Source of the DNA: a virus
Lineage: Duplodnaviria > Caudoviricetes
IMG/VR virus record: IMGVR_UViG_3300028887_000067
Coordinates: 192,001 to 256,000 of that record
Length of the DNA stretch: 64,000 nucleotides
Direction: 5' to 3' (one strand)
Part shown: positions 29,419-38,045 of the stretch, in pieces
Layout: each line of letters begins with the position of its first letter
Numbering within the stretch: position 1 is the first letter of the stretch
Translations under genes and position numbers: made by a program
Notes under the pieces: model-generated
What the model saw: the letters and a program-made list of their open reading frames with translations, nothing else
Told to the model about the DNA's origin: nothing
Databases searched by the model: none

Positions 29419-29871
29419 ATGTGCAATCCTATAGAAGAGAAGCAACAATCGATTATCGTTAAATATCTCGACGACACGGTTAAGCGTCTGCAATACACCA
29501 ACAAGGGTGACTGGGTCGACCTCAGTGCGGCGGAACGCGTCGAACTGAAGAAGGGAGAGTTCAAGACCATCCACCTTGGTGTCGCTATGCAGCTTCCCGA
29601 AGGATATGAGGCGCACATCGCCCCGCGCAGCTCCACGTTCAAGAACTGGCACATTATCCAGACCAACTCGGTCGGCGTGGTCGACCACACATACTGCGGC
29701 CCCAACGACTGGTGGAAGATGCCCGTGTACGCCACCGAGGACACCGTCATTGAGAAGGGAGACCGTATCTGCCAGTTCCGCCTCATGGAAATTCAGCCGA
29801 AGTTCCCGTTCGTCGACGGCAACCTCGAAGGCGAGGACAGGGGCGGTTTTGGGTCTACCGGCAAAGCATAA
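29419..29871 (+). CDS. dut: Trimeric dUTPase
   Basis: DL.A, PRSS, GVVD..Y.G, GDRICQ, RGGFGSTG motifs. Confidence 0.95.
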   Translation: MCNPIEEKQQSIIVKYLDDTVKRLQYTNKGDWVDLSAAERVELKKGEFKTIHLGVAMQLPEGYEAHIAPRSSTFKNWHIIQTNSVGVVDHTYCGPNDWWKMPVYATEDTVIEKGDRICQFRLMEIQPKFPFVDGNLEGEDRGGFGSTGKA

Positions 29872-29880
29872 ACTGCTCGC

Positions 29881-30192
29881 ATGACAGAACTCCTTCGACC
29901 GCTTCTAGGCGCGGTCGCCCCCTACGGCGGGACTATCGGCGCCATACTATTCGCCCTGTGCAACCTGCCCATAATCATACAAATTTACGTCAAACGCTCG
30001 TCGGAGGGGGTATCCCTCCCGTACGTGCTCATGTCGTTCTGCGCCAACATAGGGTGCGGGCTATTCGTCCTGGACAACAACCTAACGACCGGCGTGTGGC
30101 AATACCAGCTGTATTTCAACTACGGGACGGCGCTGGTATTCTGCGCATGGATTCTGTGGCTGATACACAGGTTCCGCCCGAAGGACAAATGA
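29881..30192 (+). CDS. PQ-loop/SemiSWEET-like three-TM membrane protein
   Basis: 'LFALCNLPIIIQIY..RSSEGVS' (PQ degenerate to PI) and 'L.FNY'. Confidence 0.6.
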   Translation: MTELLRPLLGAVAPYGGTIGAILFALCNLPIIIQIYVKRSSEGVSLPYVLMSFCANIGCGLFVLDNNLTTGVWQYQLYFNYGTALVFCAWILWLIHRFRPKDK

Positions 30193-30233
30193 ACTAATTT
30201 CCTCGATGTTAAACCAAACACCGAGGAAGCCGC

Positions 30234-32075
30234 ATGGCGACAGAACACAGTAACTACACGGAACCCGCCCCCTTGCGCGTCAATGTCGGGGATATCGGCC
30301 GGAATTGGCCGGACCGACTCCAACAGGCCACAGGGGCGTCGTTTGACCCGTGGTATACCAAGAAGCAAGCGCTTGAACTCAAGCCCACGCAACGGCCGAA
30401 TGACAACGAACGGCTGTCGGACGACCACCTGAACCTCGCGCCAAACACGCCGTCCGAACAAATTCCGGTTGTCGAGGCGCCCGTAGAGGCGTCGGCCGAA
30501 TTTATGAAGGCCTACAACGAGAACATCAAGGCGTACGAAGCAGCAGTCGCCAAGGAGAAAATGGCCGGCAATATGAGTTCGGTACTTCCCGACGGATTCA
30601 GTCCGTGGGGTACTTGCCAGACTCAGGTGAAAGATGATAGGCTGTCCGGCATTCATGCCAAGATGATGGTTGACAGCTTGCACAAAAACATGGAAACCCG
30701 CATTATGGGTTCCATGAGGAGCCCGCTCGCCCCAGGTGTTTCGATCGAACTTACCGAACCCCCGAAGAAGCGCGACGGCTTGCACTCCTACACGTATGAA
30801 ACGCCGCCGTGGGATGCCGGCATGACAATCAAGTACGGGGTAACGAAACCCGAATGCACACCAACCACACAGGAGAAACACGACCCAATGATACAGCCAG
30901 ACTACAAAAAGGACGACGAAGCGGAAAAGCTCGACGAGATGCGCAACGCAGCCACCGCAAACGAGCGCGAAGTTGCCGAGAACACCAACGACGTGTGGGT
31001 ATCCGCAACGATGATTTCCAACATCAAGTCCAACATCGAACTGCTTGCCAGCACCATTGAAACGCTGAGATGGGAAGGTGACGAACAATGCTCGAAGGTC
31101 GACAACAAGACTTGCGAGGCGATGATCCGCGTAAACCGCGACACGCTCGAGGAGTTCATTAAGATGTTCGAGCGGTTCGCCAAGGAAACCAATGTCGACC
31201 TGCACGCCACCCTGCAGAACGTCCCCGACAAACCTGTCGAAAACGACATCCACCCAGCCAGGGAGAAGTCGGAATCCCGCGCCAAAGTGAAGAGCCCGCT
31301 TGAAGACATCTATATGAAGGACCTCGGCGGCAAACGGGTCGACTGGCACGCCGATAATGACGAGCCGAACGAGTTCGACAACCCAAGCGTTGACAATGTG
31401 AGGCGCTACGTCACCGCACACGATATCCATTTCACTAAGGACGGCGTAGACCCTGTCCTCGAAGGCAAGGGCGTGGACGTCGATTCCCAACTCGTGGTCG
31501 ATTTTCAGACGGACAAAATCCGCAAGCTCACCCAGGAAGAATACGCTAAATCGGTCTCGGAAACCAGCATTGCATCAAGCAAGTTCAACACGGATTTCTT
31601 GAAAACCCCCGAGCAACCTAAACCGGGATTTAGTCCGATGGCGACTCCGTTCAGTCCGCCGCCGGCAATGCCGTGCCCGATGTATGCTCAGCCGCATCAC
31701 ATACCGGTACCCGAGGAAAAAGACCGCAAATCCGGTATTGACAATAACGACCTCCCGTCCGGTCTCATCGACCTCATCATGCACCTACCGGCCGATATGT
31801 GGCACTACGAGGTAGTAGACAGCGAGGAAACCGACGAAACCGAGGAAGATAGAAGAATCATTCTGTCCTTCACCCACGATACACGCACCATCACGGTCGA
31901 GCTCAACCGCCTCACTAACATCGTGACTGTCAAGTCCAAAAAGACTGCGCGTGGCACGTATCTCCGCCAGTTCGCCTGGGTTGACCCGTCCGACCTTCCG
32001 GAGACGAAGGAACCCAGCAACACGGCCAAGCTGCTATCCTGGATGAAGATCAACATCGACAATCTCATGAACTAA
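30234..32075 (+). CDS. Large acidic/Pro-rich hypothetical protein
   Basis: GAGG RBS; 613-aa ORF followed by a terminator. Confidence 0.7.
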   Translation: MATEHSNYTEPAPLRVNVGDIGRNWPDRLQQATGASFDPWYTKKQALELKPTQRPNDNERLSDDHLNLAPNTPSEQIPVVEAPVEASAEFMKAYNENIKAYEAAVAKEKMAGNMSSVLPDGFSPWGTCQTQVKDDRLSGIHAKMMVDSLHKNMETRIMGSMRSPLAPGVSIELTEPPKKRDGLHSYTYETPPWDAGMTIKYGVTKPECTPTTQEKHDPMIQPDYKKDDEAEKLDEMRNAATANEREVAENTNDVWVSATMISNIKSNIELLASTIETLRWEGDEQCSKVDNKTCEAMIRVNRDTLEEFIKMFERFAKETNVDLHATLQNVPDKPVENDIHPAREKSESRAKVKSPLEDIYMKDLGGKRVDWHADNDEPNEFDNPSVDNVRRYVTAHDIHFTKDGVDPVLEGKGVDVDSQLVVDFQTDKIRKLTQEEYAKSVSETSIASSKFNTDFLKTPEQPKPGFSPMATPFSPPPAMPCPMYAQPHHIPVPEEKDRKSGIDNNDLPSGLIDLIMHLPADMWHYEVVDSEETDETEEDRRIILSFTHDTRTITVELNRLTNIVTVKSKKTARGTYLRQFAWVDPSDLPETKEPSNTAKLLSWMKINIDNLMN

Positions 32076-32091
32076 CCGGTCGACTGATTTC

Positions 32092-32125
32092 AAAAGCGGT
32101 ACCGGGTCACCGGTGCCGTTTTTTG
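32092..32125 (+). terminator. Intrinsic terminator
   Basis: GCGGTACCGG-GTCA-CCGGTGCCGT followed by TTTTT. Confidence 0.75.
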
Positions 32126-32162
32126 TTCGGTTTGCTATATTTTGCAGAAAAATGGAGACATT

Positions 32163-32543
32163 ATGCAAAATAACCTGTATCAGAATCAGTTGAAAGTTTT
32201 ATATTCGAAAACGGATACAATCTACGTGCTGGTCGGAGAGAACGACAGGTACTACGCCGAATCGTTCAATGAGCCGAGTGCCGAACACGCGCTCTACGCC
32301 ACCGAGAACATAAGCGAGGCTACCAAGTTCTCTAGCGAGGCAGATGCCGAGCTGCTTATAACCCGCATAGCCTCGTTTCACATTTCGTCGGACGACGTTA
32401 TAGCGAAGGTACGCCAGGAGTTTGTGTCCAAGTGCAAGCCGAAGGAGATCATACACGAGGAATGTTTCTCGGTGCGGGAAAAGGTTCTGCGTGTCCCTGT
32501 AATGCAGGTTCCCCTCAAAATGGAATCGATAGCAAAAAGGTAG
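32163..32543 (+). CDS. Hypothetical protein
   Basis: TTTGCTATATTT promoter motif and GGAGA RBS. Confidence 0.6.
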   Translation: MQNNLYQNQLKVLYSKTDTIYVLVGENDRYYAESFNEPSAEHALYATENISEATKFSSEADAELLITRIASFHISSDDVIAKVRQEFVSKCKPKEIIHEECFSVREKVLRVPVMQVPLKMESIAKR

Positions 32544-32569
32544 CATTGACAGGATTGTGGACGCCGGCA

Positions 32570-34273
32570 TTACGTTGCCGCGTCAATCCACGTCGACATC
32601 GACCGGCCTATCTTCTCGACGATGCCGGTAACCAGGGCGTTCCCCATGAGGAACGCTCTTTTAGTGTCCGTCACTCCCTCGGTGTGGTTGTCGGGGAACA
32701 TGTTGAGCCGCTCCAGCTCGATTGGCATCAGCCTGCGGTAGCGACCCGACGGGGTCAGTATTACGTGCTTGAACCTGGACGGCGCCGTACCGCCTTCGCC
32801 GGTGATGATAGTACGGGACGGCTTGCCTAGGTTGTCCGGAAACGCCATCGGGCCCTCGGTGTAGTTGTACTCGTATCCCTCGGAAGTCACTCGCTTCTCG
32901 CATTTCCCGCCTTTCAGGTACTGCCATCTCGGTAGGTCCTTGCTGTCGATGAAGAACTCGGCCGGCACGTCCTTCTCGTCCACGAGAACGTCGCCGAGAG
33001 TTATGCTCGGCCCCACGTAGCACGAGTCGACATCCACGGTGGTCACAAGGCGGTCGCGTAGTATGCCCGCCGTGAGGAACGGGGAGGTCTTCTTCCCCTT
33101 GTTGAACTCGTCGGAGACCTTGACGAGATCATCATCGAGGGAGAATGCGTTCATCTTGGACTTTGCCGACGGCTTCGACTTGAACGCCGTGCCGATCACG
33201 CCGTTATATATGGCAACCTCGGCCGACTGGCTGCGCATCTTCGTGGCAAGGTCGCCGTCGTTCCTGTAGGCTACCATGTACGTCCGGCGCCGTCGTTGCG
33301 GCATCCCGTAGTCGGCCGCGTTGATGACTCTCCACTCAACATCGTAGCCGAGGTTGGCGAGAGAGGCGAGGATGATCGCGAAGTCGCGACCCCGCTGCTT
33401 TGCCGGGGATTTGAGGAGACGGTCTACGTTCTCGAATATGCAGTAGCTCGGTTTGTGCTTGCTGTCCTTGAGGATGCGGTAGATTTCCCACCAGAGTACA
33501 CCCTTCTTCCCCTCGATACCGCCGGAGCGGTTGAGAGTGGAAGCGACGCTGTAATCTTGGCAGTTATGGGTAATCATATGATTGGCGATGAACGAATGAG
33601 TATTTTCTACTTCAATGTCGTATACTTGGGCTTCGCCAGATTCAACAACGTTTACGACCTTGTCAAAATATTGTATTTGGTTGTCGTCAACACACGACAA
33701 GTAAATATCTTTATTTGCTGATTTAATTTCATCTACCGTTATCCATTCTAGTCCAAACGTGGCAAATCGGTGATTGCCAGTCGCAACGATGGTTATTCCG
33801 CTATCCAAAGTTAGGGTGTATACTTTCTTGATGCCTTGATCAAATACTTTTGTAACCGGCTGATAGGATTTGTCGTGCGACAACACCTTATCACCGACTA
33901 CAACTACTTTTAACGGAATCTGTCCACGATCTGTCCAGACTAAGGTGTCACCGGTAAGGCAAGGGAAACCTCCCACGACCATATCGGCTTCCGGAATCTG
34001 GTCTACGCCGACCTTGCATACGTCCTCGTTCGAGTGGCCTTTCTTGCCGAAACGAGCCACGTACACCTCGGAAGCGTCCTGCTTCTTGGTTGACGGCTCC
34101 CATTGGCTACTCCACACAGTCTTGAACCGGTCGGACGCACGTTCGAGACCGATGCGGAACCCGCCGACTCCCGCGAAGAGTTCGACTACGCGAACCGGGT
34201 CGCCGGAGTACGGCGCGGTCGCGGTTGGTTGGCTGTTCAGATAATTCTCTATGGCGGGGCAGTAATGTGGCAT
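32570..34273 (-). CDS. dcm: C5-cytosine DNA methyltransferase containing a mini-intein
   Basis: GAAGGA RBS and ATG at 34273; ELFAGVGG, GGFP[intein]CQ, ENV, Q.R.R, RL..FP and GNA motifs. Confidence 0.93.
   Translation of the reverse strand: MPHYCPAIENYLNSQPTATAPYSGDPVRVVELFAGVGGFRIGLERASDRFKTVWSSQWEPSTKKQDASEVYVARFGKKGHSNEDVCKVGVDQIPEADMVVGGFPCLTGDTLVWTDRGQIPLKVVVVGDKVLSHDKSYQPVTKVFDQGIKKVYTLTLDSGITIVATGNHRFATFGLEWITVDEIKSANKDIYLSCVDDNQIQYFDKVVNVVESGEAQVYDIEVENTHSFIANHMITHNCQDYSVASTLNRSGGIEGKKGVLWWEIYRILKDSKHKPSYCIFENVDRLLKSPAKQRGRDFAIILASLANLGYDVEWRVINAADYGMPQRRRRTYMVAYRNDGDLATKMRSQSAEVAIYNGVIGTAFKSKPSAKSKMNAFSLDDDLVKVSDEFNKGKKTSPFLTAGILRDRLVTTVDVDSCYVGPSITLGDVLVDEKDVPAEFFIDSKDLPRWQYLKGGKCEKRVTSEGYEYNYTEGPMAFPDNLGKPSRTIITGEGGTAPSRFKHVILTPSGRYRRLMPIELERLNMFPDNHTEGVTDTKRAFLMGNALVTGIVEKIGRSMSTWIDAAT
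33563..33961 (-). mobile_element. Mini-intein (133 aa, no homing endonuclease)
   Basis: Begins CLTGDT; block B 'ATGNHRF'; ends 'VYDIEVENTHSFIANHMITHN' before Cys; markedly AT-rich. Confidence 0.93.
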
Positions 34274-34355
34274 TTTGGAGTCCTTCCGAAAGTGTTGCCA
34301 AAATATAGATCCGAGATGGTTGAAGTTCAAATTTCCCATGGCTATATTGATTCGC

Positions 34356-35096
34356 ATGAGGACAATTACAATCGAGCTCAAGGTCGACGACCGAGATGGA
34401 ATGCCTGACAACGACCGCCTTTGCGACGTACTGGGGACGTTGGGCAGCGACATCATCCGCGAAGTCGGAAACATTGCCAAGCCCGTGTGCATGCGGATAA
34501 ACGACGTCATGGTTTGGAGCAGGTTCATCCCGCTCCCGGCCCCGTTCAAGAATATCGACCTGTTCGACACGTTCTTCGACTCCCTGCGCGAGGATTACCC
34601 CGGCTTCAACGAGTGGTTCGAGCGAAAGCGGGACGCGACTGCGTACGTGGTTTTCGACGCATCCAACAAGCTGGCGGGTTTCCTCCATACCAAGGTCGAG
34701 GACGAAACCGAGGATTATTCCGATATCGGCGACCTGCCGCCGAAGCGACGTCTCAAGATATGCACGTTCAAGATATCCGAATCCGGTTGCGGCATCGGTT
34801 CGATGTTTATGCGCATCGTGGATTCGGAAGCGAAGCGCAACAAGGTGGACGAGACTTATTTCACTATCTACATGCGTACGCAGGGCCAGGTAGACCTGTG
34901 CCGTTTCATGGAACGTTACGGATTCCTATATTACGGCTACAGGAAGAATAAGGAATACGTGTTCCAGAGAAAGGAGAACCCAGATGGAAAAGGAAATATG
35001 GGGGTCGATGCCCCACCTGCCGCAGTGCATATCGGAGATGACGCCCGAGCAGCGGGCGTACGTGGAACGTTCCAAGGCGAGCCTACCGCGCCGTAG
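34356..35096 (+). CDS. GNAT-family acetyltransferase-like protein (predicted leaderless)
   Basis: 'FFDSLREDYPGFNEWFERK', 'LKICTFKI', 'G.GIG', 'YGF..YG'; TTGAAG-N17-TATATT-N7-ATG. Confidence 0.72.
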   Translation: MRTITIELKVDDRDGMPDNDRLCDVLGTLGSDIIREVGNIAKPVCMRINDVMVWSRFIPLPAPFKNIDLFDTFFDSLREDYPGFNEWFERKRDATAYVVFDASNKLAGFLHTKVEDETEDYSDIGDLPPKRRLKICTFKISESGCGIGSMFMRIVDSEAKRNKVDETYFTIYMRTQGQVDLCRFMERYGFLYYGYRKNKEYVFQRKENPDGKGNMGVDAPPAAVHIGDDARAAGVRGTFQGEPTAP

Positions 35097-35793
35097 CCCG
35101 AAACCGCCCGACCCCGACTACATCGACAAGGTCATCGACGGCGAAAAGGACATGACCACGTTGAAGCCGAGAAATATGAAACCGAGGAATACCTGGCGAA
35201 TGGGAGGATGCATAGCGAGCGTACCCGAGGACGACGAAGTCAGCGAGCGGTTATGTTTCGAGCAATTCCGGCGAGATTACAGGTTTATGCGACGCTTGAT
35301 GCGACTGGACCTACCGAGATACCGCGACGGGCGTCTCGACTATGAATCGCTATTCGGCCGGGACATAGCCGAGATTCGTGCCGAGGAGGCGCACGAGAAG
35401 GAACAGGAGCGTCTGGTCGACCAATGGCAGGCGCCTACCGTGGAGGATATCCTTGCTGTATGTTTCGACGCAATCGAAAAAATCTACATCAGGGAGCACA
35501 AGCACGTGTCGCGATCGCACACTAGGGCCGGCTACCAGCGGAATCTCGACAAGGAAAGGAACCGAATGAAAGGCGTATTCCTGGACAAGCTGGACGACTT
35601 CTGCTACACGATGAAATGCCCGAATAAACTGAAGCTGGTCTGCCGTGCGAAGATACTGGACACCTGGTGGATGGAGGCCTACGTGCCGCTCAAGACTATG
35701 CTCCAGAGCGTCGGCGTCGCTTTCGACGGCGAAAAGTTCTCCATCGGCGACCAGTCGATAAGCGTCGACTCTATATTGTCGGCGAAACGCTAA
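34984..35793 (+). CDS. Hypothetical protein
   Basis: AAGGAG RBS; 269-aa ORF. Confidence 0.6.
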   Translation: MEKEIWGSMPHLPQCISEMTPEQRAYVERSKASLPRRSPKPPDPDYIDKVIDGEKDMTTLKPRNMKPRNTWRMGGCIASVPEDDEVSERLCFEQFRRDYRFMRRLMRLDLPRYRDGRLDYESLFGRDIAEIRAEEAHEKEQERLVDQWQAPTVEDILAVCFDAIEKIYIREHKHVSRSHTRAGYQRNLDKERNRMKGVFLDKLDDFCYTMKCPNKLKLVCRAKILDTWWMEAYVPLKTMLQSVGVAFDGEKFSIGDQSISVDSILSAKR

Positions 35794-36467
35794 ATCGTTG
35801 CCCCGGACATGACCATATAGTGTATCTCGACCTTCGTCGCGGTATACACCTTCAGCTTCCTGAGACGGGCCCACAGCCCGAAAATGTGTTCTGCCAGATA
35901 CCCGTCTATCCGGAAGTTGCTCTCGTCGATTCCGTGGAACTCGTCGAACAGCCGCAGTTTTGGGAACAGCCACTCGCAGTATTCGGCCATCAGTTCGCGG
36001 CGGGCGATGAACATGTTGCACTGCCGGAGAGTGCGCTCGCCCATGTAGGATAACAGCATCTTTCCGAGGCCGTCGTACTTCTCGTCAAGTATGTCCGCCC
36101 AGGCGAGCAGGTCGTCTATCTTTCCGGCCCGGATGAAATACTTGTACGCGCTGAAACCCTTGACGTGGGTGTAGTTGCACATTATGATGTCGTGCGTCTT
36201 CAATATTTCGGACGCCTCGTCCAGCGTCATCCTCGTCTTGTTGTGCTTCGGGGAGGCGAAGAATCTCCTGTAGTGCTCGAGGCCGACTATTTCCGACGTG
36301 GAGTGCTTCCACATATGGTAAAGGCCGGTCAGCTCGCAGTACCATTTGTTGAGAAAGTCGATATTGTCGCCGTCGTGCGGAACGTCCACGAGAAACTTCT
36401 CGCGCCCCGCATCCAGTTCGGGAAACATGTTCTTCGACGACCCGACTACGTATATGCTCATATTCAA
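35790..36467 (-). CDS. DUF4422-family glycosyltransferase (galactofuranosyl-transferase-like)
   Basis: 'GDNI...N.WYCELTGLY..WK', 'VGLEHYRRFF', 'NMFIA', 'YCEWLF', 'R..GYLAE'. Confidence 0.85.
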   Translation of the reverse strand: MNMSIYVVGSSKNMFPELDAGREKFLVDVPHDGDNIDFLNKWYCELTGLYHMWKHSTSEIVGLEHYRRFFASPKHNKTRMTLDEASEILKTHDIIMCNYTHVKGFSAYKYFIRAGKIDDLLAWADILDEKYDGLGKMLLSYMGERTLRQCNMFIARRELMAEYCEWLFPKLRLFDEFHGIDESNFRIDGYLAEHIFGLWARLRKLKVYTATKVEIHYMVMSGATI

Positions 36468-36470
36468 TTC

Positions 36471-37145
36471 CTATCTGAAGTTCTGCTTGAGCTTGCCGGC
36501 AATCCAGTTTATGTCGAGCATCAGCGACATGAAGTCGACCTGCGTCGGGTCCATGAACCAGAACGGGCGTATGTGATGCTTCAGCGAGACGTGCGTCCGG
36601 TTGTCCATATAGTAGACTGTCCTGTAGTAGGCGAGGAGCACCCTGACGAGCGGAATGGATTCCGAGTCCGTGTTCAGGATAAGAACCTTGTCGGTGATCG
36701 ATTCCCTGTTATCGAGTACGCAACAGGTGTGCGACCCGCAGAAAATCTGGTGATACGCCGTCGTCGGGACGCTCATCGCGCCGCCGAATAGGCATTCCAT
36801 ATCGGCGCCGTGTTTCTCCCTGCCGGTGAACAGCGACTTGCAGCTGATGACGCAGGGGCGGTCGAATGTATAGTACGACAGGTCGTGCTTGCCGTCTTCG
36901 CTCCGGTAGTCGACTTTCCTGAAGTGGCTCGACGACCATTCCATGCCGGCCGTAGTGAGCATTAGCGGAGCCGCCTGCGTACAGGCGAACTCGGTAGTCC
37001 AATGGTGCTCGTTTTGCTTGTAGCCCAGGTACAGAGGAACTCCCTCGAACACGTGGAAGTGGCTCCCGTCGGTAGGACGGACCAGGTCGGGCCTGTTGTT
37101 GACGTTGACGACGAAATTGTAGACCATATTTTTGAAATTAGTCAT
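36471..37145 (-). CDS. Hypothetical protein (possibly glycan-modification related)
   Basis: Co-oriented 3 nt from the DUF4422 gene; 'KVLIL.TDS..IP' resembles DHHW/SGNH-like proteins. Confidence 0.55.
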   Translation of the reverse strand: MTNFKNMVYNFVVNVNNRPDLVRPTDGSHFHVFEGVPLYLGYKQNEHHWTTEFACTQAAPLMLTTAGMEWSSSHFRKVDYRSEDGKHDLSYYTFDRPCVISCKSLFTGREKHGADMECLFGGAMSVPTTAYHQIFCGSHTCCVLDNRESITDKVLILNTDSESIPLVRVLLAYYRTVYYMDNRTHVSLKHHIRPFWFMDPTQVDFMSLMLDINWIAGKLKQNFR

Positions 37146-37226
37146 TTTGTTGTCGCCGAACTTGAAAAATGCTATAATTTATGTTGGACGGCAACGGTGC
37201 CGTACTTTGATCAAAGGAAAAACACT

Positions 37227-37892
37227 ATGGGAATTCTTAATACCCTCAAAAAAATTCTCCACATCGGCGCGGTCGTCGTCGATGATGGTCTCAACAAACT
37301 CATTAGCGTTGAACTCCAGCTGAAGGCGGTCGAGAAGGATACTATCGACGCCTTGGACAAGCAGGCCCAGAACGCTGTGAAGCTCAACGCCGCGAAGATC
37401 GAGTTCGACCGCAACTATGACAAGGCCAAGCAGGAACTTACCCGCATGAAGACCTCGTGCGAAGTACTGAAGAACAATCTTGTCAAGCAAGGCAAGAACC
37501 CGAACGAAGACGAGGATATGCAGCTCGCCGCAGCCACCTACGTCGAGCAGAAGAAGCTCGTTGACGAGATGGCTAACCAGAAGGAAAGCATGGACACCAT
37601 GATCAAGCGCGTTGACAAGATCCTCAAGCATCTCAAGCTCAACAAGAGCGTGATCAATATGAAGGCCACCATGCTCCGTCAGAAGATCACGATGTACCAG
37701 AACCAGGCCCTCATCAGCGAATCTGGCATGATCGACATCAACAACACGTTCAGCGAAATCGACGGCATTGTCCAGAAGATGCAGGACGAGCAGCAGGCAG
37801 CCCAGCGCGTCGACGCAATCGTCAACGGCCGCGACACCGCTCAGGTCGCCAACGATGCCGACGTCATGAACTTCATCGACAGCTTGTCCTAA
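37227..37892 (+). CDS. PspA/IM30-like coiled-coil protein
   Basis: AAAGGA RBS; 221-aa all-helical heptad pattern; sits before the ATPase-Ter operon. Confidence 0.55.
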   Translation: MGILNTLKKILHIGAVVVDDGLNKLISVELQLKAVEKDTIDALDKQAQNAVKLNAAKIEFDRNYDKAKQELTRMKTSCEVLKNNLVKQGKNPNEDEDMQLAAATYVEQKKLVDEMANQKESMDTMIKRVDKILKHLKLNKSVINMKATMLRQKITMYQNQALISESGMIDINNTFSEIDGIVQKMQDEQQAAQRVDAIVNGRDTAQVANDADVMNFIDSLS

Positions 37893-37918
37893 TCAGGCAG
37901 GAAACTCCGTTATCCCCT

Positions 37919-37950
37919 AAGTGTCGCCTCCGGGCGACACTTTTTTCTAT
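37919..37950 (+). terminator. Intrinsic terminator
   Basis: AAGTGTCGCC-TCCG-GGCGACACTT followed by TTTT. Confidence 0.8.
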
Positions 37951-38045
37951 TTTTTTTTACAAAAAGCTATTGACGATGATGATTTTGTATGCTATAATTA
38001 TTGCGGCGTCCAACCCCGGCCGCCACAACTATATGGATATACAAT

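Noticed and set aside
34274-34570. N-terminal extension of the methyltransferase in the ORF track (666 aa)
   Set aside because: Overlaps the divergent promoters and GNAT gene; the SD supports ATG 34273. Similar over-extended starts were trimmed for ligA, infC, NADAR, nadD and others.
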